Shown here piece after piece: positions 55,801 to 62,000 of a stretch of 62,000 bases of DNA. Positions within the stretch are counted from its first letter, which is position 1. The number at the start of each line of letters is the position of its first letter. The notes under the pieces are model-generated. The model worked only from the letters and a program-made list of their open reading frames with translations. It was not told the DNA's origin and searched no databases. A program made the position numbers and the translations under genes. This DNA comes from Lama guanicoe (lineage: Eukaryota), in NCBI GenBank assembly GCA_013239625.1, contig MU056000.1, forward strand, positions 10,551,175 to 10,613,174. Reading direction: 5' to 3'.

Positions 55801-56479
55801 TGAGGAACAATTAAAAGGGGAATAAAGCATATTTGCCCTCAAGCAACTGACAGTCTAGACGGGGAAAGAGACCTGCGGTACAACCAACGAGAATACAGGC
55901 GGCACGAACTGAGTACCATGGGCGGTAACAGTACAGGCAAAATGCTGTCTTTGAATTTTATTCTGTGTAATCATCCTTGTCATAAGACCTATGATTGAAT
56001 AGGTTCTTAGTAGCATAAGCCACTTTTCCGTCCATGGAAAGGTTCTAGGATGTTACAAGGTGGTATTAAAATCAGCTCACAGATACTCTCGGGAGGATAA
56101 ACTTCAGCAAAAGTACTGCACAGATTCATGCTGATGGAAGCCTGAATTCCCCAGGGAAATGTTAAGTTCAGGTGGCTATTACGGAGTTATTTTGGCCAAA
56201 ATATAAACACAGAAGAGTCACCAGAATAAAAAAAAAGGAGAACTACATTTAATTAAAATGTGTAACAGTATCCTCAGCTTTGTAGCGCTAAGGGGATCAC
56301 AAAGTTCCGTGTCATTCTGGAAACTCCCAGCGCGAAGAGGATCTATACTGATGTGTGCCAGGATGACCATCAATGCCTGGATTCCCCTGAGGGCCCCTGG
56401 GAGGGGCCTCCCTCAGAGACTGGGCTTTATTGGCACTTGGTCCCCAGTCAGTATATCTGCCACGGCTTATCAACTCCAG

Positions 56480-57120
56480 TTCTCATTTCCTGGTTTTCCA
56501 GTTGCTTCACTACACTGTTCCAGAGTCATCTTCTTACAACATGGACAAGATCATGCCACTTCCACCTTCAAAACCCATGAAGGACTCCCACCGCCAACAA
56601 ACCGTTAAGTTTCAACTCCTGCTTGTGGCTGATTTGTGTCAGGTTCTTTCCCAGCTGTCTTTCCCTGCACCCCGTGTCCCAGTTCTCTCCAACCAGTCCC
56701 CAGCCCCTGAGTGGCACACTCCCCCCCCACTTTGCTTGGAGGCCATGCAAGCCTCTCTTCTAATTTCCCTCTCATCCTTCAAGACTCAGCTCAGGTTCTG
56801 AGGTCTTTGAGATGGCATTCCCATCTCATAGCAGAATCAACTATTCCCTTTTCAATATCACTTCAATAGACAGCTGTTAATCTCTGCATGACATTTATTT
56901 CATTTATACATAGTGCTATAAAGTTAGTTACTTATATGTGTGCCTGCTCTACAAGATCACAAATGACATGAGGGCGGAAGACTGTGTGTGTGTGTTTGCA
57001 TTTGTATGTGTGTGTCTGCGAGAGAGACAGACAGAGAGAGAGAGAGATCAATGTACTAGCGCAGCTTCTGGTAAATATCACGTATCCAAAAATGTAAATA
57101 ATGGACCCAAAGTGGATGAA
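56480..57120 (+). mobile_element. Degenerate L2 3' region with TG/AG microsatellite (about 56983-57047)
   Basis: ccagagtcatcttctta, gatcatgccact, tcatccttcaagactcagctcagg. Confidence 0.6.
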
Positions 57121-58729
57121 TTAAGTCAAATCTTTTTTTTTTTAAATTTTAAGCTCAATAGTCTGTTTCTGACACCAAGGTGCATTTTATAGCATGCTTT
57201 GACTCCAACTCAAGGATACACCTTGGATCTAACCATTCAAGAATTTATCTGAACAGCTCATAGTTTCAACCTCCGTCACCTCCTCGGGTCATTATATTCA
57301 CTAATAGTCATCTAAGCCAGCTCTTTCTCTTCCTTCCTCCCTCTCTTCTCTAAATAAAATTTTAGTTCCTTCAAATTCCATGGTAGGGGTGGGGGGTGGG
57401 CAGCAGAGTCCTAAAGCCAGAATGCCAGTATTTACTAAACAAGGCCATTCTTACTTTATATTCAAAAATAGAATTAGAATACGTAGCCGAGTTTTCACCT
57501 TTCTAGTCTGAAGAGTCCTGATCCCTGAGCTATGTTCTTACACACCAGCATCTTATCTCTGTCCTTTGGAACATTTCACTTGGGCCTTTCTGGAAATTCA
57601 ATAATTCTACACAAACTATGCTTAGGATTTTAGGTCTGTGGTTACTTAGAAAAGGAATAGTTTTCTGTTTCACTTAAAATATTTTCTGCCTAATGATACC
57701 CACAAGGCTCTAGCAGGACGTTGGGGCTGACATGTTCAAGAAAGAGGAACAATTCTCCCGGGTGGGACCACAAGTGAAGATCGAACAACGGATGCCCATT
57801 GTATCATAATTAAAGGAGTCTCTCCCGTGCAAATTCACTAGTCAATAGAGTGTACGTATGTGAATGGGTTTTTGTGCATGCAAGTGTGTGCTGCAACAGA
57901 ACACAGGCACAGGCTTGACATTTCTTTAATAGCTCTTCTCGTCATTTGCAATCTCACCATCTTTTCCACCATATATTTCCTCTCCCAGATCATTATAAAA
58001 ACCTGAGAGATCTTGATTTTCCATATGATTCCAAATCCATATGACTTCCAGGGAACTCCATGGGTTCTACATTTCCCGAGAGATATGCTGGTTCTTTGGT
58101 CTAAGTGGGTTCTCACGGACGACAAAGTCTTCACGAGCCCCTACCCAGGAATATTCTTCATGTGTAAGATCATAACCACAGCTTGGCCATTTCCAGAGAA
58201 ACACAAACAGGAACACCAAGGGTACATACAGAGACAGGGGCCACTGGGCAGACAGAAACACTGACCAGAGTGTCGCAGAGCACAGAGGTACCACTAACAC
58301 TGCTGAAGACAAGTTGGAAAGGATTCCAAACGTTGCCCTGTTGAGTCGAGCCGCTCTAAAAATCAGGTTGCTCAGGCTCTTAAGGTTAAGATCCAGGACT
58401 CCAGCCAGTAAGCTAGCAGTGACCCATGGTGGATGGATAATTATTACAAATGGCCAATTCTGAGTTCTGTTCTCTGCAGTTTTCTGTTTGCAGGACCTAC
58501 TCACTCAACTGCCCAATCCAGCTAAAGGTATTTTCGGTAAATCAGGTAACAAAGCAGCGAAGGTGAGCTGGTGAGAAAGTATCCCTGACCTATAAGCTGT
58601 CCCCAGTTATTTTAATGTGGAGACACATCATGCTGAATTGCTTTCTTTTCCCAACCTAAACACATGGTCCTGTGTCGACCTAAAGCAGCTGAAGGCAGGA
58701 GCTGGTTGTCTTAGGAGGGAACATTCTCC

Positions 58730-58832
58730 TTCTGAATCTGCCGTAGCTGAGTGTGTTACTTTCAACAAGTAGCCTCTCTGGGTCTCAGTTTCCTTACATC
58801 AGAATCAAAGAGGATTGGTTTAGATGCTCTAA
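58730..58832 (+). mobile_element. MIR/MIR3 fragment
   Basis: gcctctctgggtctcagtttcct...gaggattggtttagatgctctaag. Confidence 0.55.
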
Positions 58833-61800
58833 GAGAGAGGAGCTACTTTAAATGAATCCAAGTTTAGCTTCTTCTAAACCTCAAATAGCTGGACTAGTGA
58901 CTTTTCTCTCACAGTGCTTTCATTTCCAAATGATCTAACTTGGCATCAGAGAGTGATCTGGAGCATAAAAGAGGGACTGGTGCCAGCGTGAGAGGGAAGA
59001 GAGAGGTTCAGCTTGGAAACTGTCAGGTTCAGAAGTGGGAAAAAATCATGCCTGCATTCTAAAGGATGTAGAAGTCTGTTGATGACGCGTTCCCTGGATC
59101 TCTTCCCTCACAGAAGGGTTTTGTTCAGGCGTCCATATTTTCACGAGGCCCGTGCGTTTCAGCCATCTTTCTCGGAACATGGACGTCAAGCTCTTCTGAG
59201 TGTTCCTCAGTGGAGCCTCTGTAATAGGCTGGTCTGGAACCAAGAAAAGCTTCTCCAGCGTTCACCCGACCAAGAGGCAGGGAAGTCAACACTCAAGCCA
59301 CAAGCTTTGGCCACCATGCAACATGATGGCAAAACAAACTCTCCTACCGGGAAAAGAAAAACACTCCTTTGGGATGAGAAGAAAGACAGGGCCCTGGGCC
59401 GGGAACACGTGCTTCCACCTAACTCTATGGCTCCTGGCTTTCCTACACGTATTGCCATGAGTTTCTGTTGGACACACTTTACTAAAATTAAAAAATAATG
59501 TGAAATCTGCTTTGATGATTCTGCGGCATGGCATTTTCTAAATTCAACTATTTCCCTGGATAAAATGCTTCAGTTCCTTTAGACATGGCCTCTCATTTTT
59601 CTGTTGTTTTTGCCAAATAGACAGATGGAAAGGATGTATCGTGTAAGAGTCTAGGCTCGGATACTGTGGGGTAGCAAGGATGAATCAAAGCTTACGGACT
59701 CTGTTTGGCTTTCCGTGGCGCACTCTGGCAGCCGCGCGGTACACGTGTCACAGGCTGTCTGACCCTGCAGGCTGGGTGAGGGCGGTAAAATTCTCTGTGT
59801 GACGCTAAAACACAGGGAAGCAAACAACGCAGACTGTTCAACAGGAGTGGAAATGAGTGAAATGCAAATGTGGAAAGAGGAAGAGCCAAAAGGGACTGAA
59901 ATTAAAAATGAAGCGCCCACGTGAATATAAGAACAAAGAGGCACTTCTCAACGACTGTGAGAGGGACCACATCTGCCATGTTGAATTAATCCTCCCCCAG
60001 TTATACACTCTGCATTCACCAGAGACTGTCCATCCAGCTTCCTTCTGACTCCTCTACCCTCCCCCTGTATTTATCTTACACAGATTCAAGGGGTCAGACT
60101 TGGCTTTAGAAAGTGCAACACCACCATCACTTTGTATGTCGAGGCTCATGATGCAAAGAATCAGGGTATTTTGTCTAAAGCATTGTTCCCAGGTGGCAGC
60201 AAGTCTCAAACATGGCTAGACAACCTCTAACACCAGCATCCCTCAGAGGCAGGCTTTGCCTGGAGAGAGGGCTTGTCTACGCTTTCTTTGTAAAGAAAAT
60301 AAAGAGCTTGGTATATTGATAACAGTACAATTTAAATTTGTAGTGCGGATGCAGAAAGAGCAAGATTTAAGGAAATCAAGAGCTAGCAAATGAGTCTGTC
60401 CGTCACAGTTTGGACGCGTGATGCACCCTGATGAAGGCTTTAGCTCTTTTCTCTCACCTCCTTCATTCCGTGTGGAAGTTCAGGTTTTTCCCAAACTCCG
60501 TCTTTAAAACTCTCTTGTTTTCTCATGGGACCAGCCAAGCGAGAAAGTTGGCCCCTGCCCACCACCATCTACTCCTCCTGGAGCTGTCTGGCTTTATTTA
60601 AAAAAATATTTTTTTTTAATGAAGCAGAAGCAGAAAAAGGATCATACGCATGTAAGTCAGAGCATCTGTGCACATTGGCCCCACACTACCCACAGCCTCA
60701 CAGTTATCAGTTTTCTAATGTGACACAGCAATTCTGCCGTAGCTTCTTACACAAAGAAATAAAAAAGTGTCACTGAAATACTATCACTCTGTTCTAAGAC
60801 TTGTTGAAACGTGTACACAACAGACATTTAATAGAGAATCCTCCAGCAAAGGCCTTGACAAAGAACTTAGATTTAATTGCTTCTGCAGAGTTACTTTGGA
60901 AAAGAGCTAGTTTTCTTTTTAAATCATGAAATAATTTATTCTAAAAACACACAGAAATTTATTGAGGTTTGTAACATAGAGACTGAAAGTGGTTTCACTC
61001 TAAGGCTCAACTCTGAATAGAGACTTAATGGTCAGGTCACTGGCACGAGCTGTCCCTTGTCGGTCACGCACAGGCACTGCCAGCCAGTGTCCAGGAACAG
61101 CTGATCTAGTCCTGGCAGGTGACTCTCCGTTTCCATGTTTATCTTCAGAAAAATGAAATGCTGAAACTGCATGTTACTCTGCAGCCTTTCTCTCTTTTGC
61201 ATAACTTGTAAAATAACTTAACACTGAAGAAAGACATTCTGGCAGGACACAGATGGACACACAAAGGTATGCATGTTGGGGTCTCGCAACGTTAATAAAG
61301 AAGGCCTGCAACGTGGGTCAGGACGTTCTAGAGAAATAAGCCCTCTCGACGGGCCTGGCATTTATCCAGGAGGTCCTCTCCGCAGTGAAAGTTGTTCCAA
61401 GGTTAAATGGAATTCTCTCCCACCTTCATTTTAGTACACGTATTTTTGTCATAGAGAGATCCGCTTTCCCAGCCAGTTCCCACTGACTACCTACAAGTGG
61501 GTTAAAACAAATTAAGCTTAGTCTCAGACAACCTTTGCAGCTCAGGAGCAACATCACTGGGAGATACCCATGCCCACATATTTTGGGCCAAACACTGTGC
61601 TATAAATTAAAAAGAACTTCACTGCTGCAGAAACAGGCCAGGGAAATCCAGCATTTTATAAATAAGCTTTTTATAAGTTTTAGGCCAGCTTTGACACGTT
61701 GGTGGTAAGTATAATAAAATACCTACATAAAATAAGAGTCACAGATGAGTGAACTTTCTAAATAAGTATGAACTTCAACTCTAACCACATGCTTTCCTTC

Positions 61801-62000
61801 AGCCTGCTAAAGGAGTGTTTTTCAGTTGGAATGAAACAAGAACTTGCTGGTATCATTACACAATAAAATTGCCCTGAAGTTTTAATACAAGGGCTTCCTA
61901 TGCAACTTATTATTTCGTTACAGAAAAAGTTATTCTTACTTATTTTATGGAAGTCCAGGTGCTAGAAAAAGTTATTCTGACACTTGTTAACACAGTAAAG

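Noticed and set aside
61922..61978. 15-bp direct repeat agaaaaagttattct, 42 bp apart
   Set aside because: AT-rich short duplication with no recognisable insert or functional context.

Overview
Mammalian genomic DNA containing the middle of the ANKH gene (progressive ankylosis protein homolog) on the minus strand. Seven coding exons were located by hand, exons 2-8, of 217, 119, 84, 171, 135, 93 and 96 nt. All have AG/GT boundaries and splice into one 915-nt open frame, codons 33-337 in human numbering. Exon 1 lies beyond 62000, so 26757-62000 is intron 1. Exons 9 onward lie before position 1. The rest is intronic and repeat-rich: tRNA-Ala-derived vic-1-like SINEs and young L1 3' ends point to a camelid genome (inference), alongside older L1M, L2, MIR, MLT1, LTR16, MER31 and Tigger1-derived elements. 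Apart from ANKH and decayed L1 ORF2 remnants, the ORF-track entries look spurious. I found no evidence for a new gene or biological system. The best second-look items are fine-scale: a duplicated exon-4 splice donor that would give a frameshift, a possible new N-glycosylation sequon in exon 3, a solo LTR with intact promoter motifs next to a duplicated E-box module, an L1 inserted at the exon-4 branch-point region, and a (UG)6 tract at the exon-2 acceptor. Repeat family names and human comparisons are from memory, not searches.
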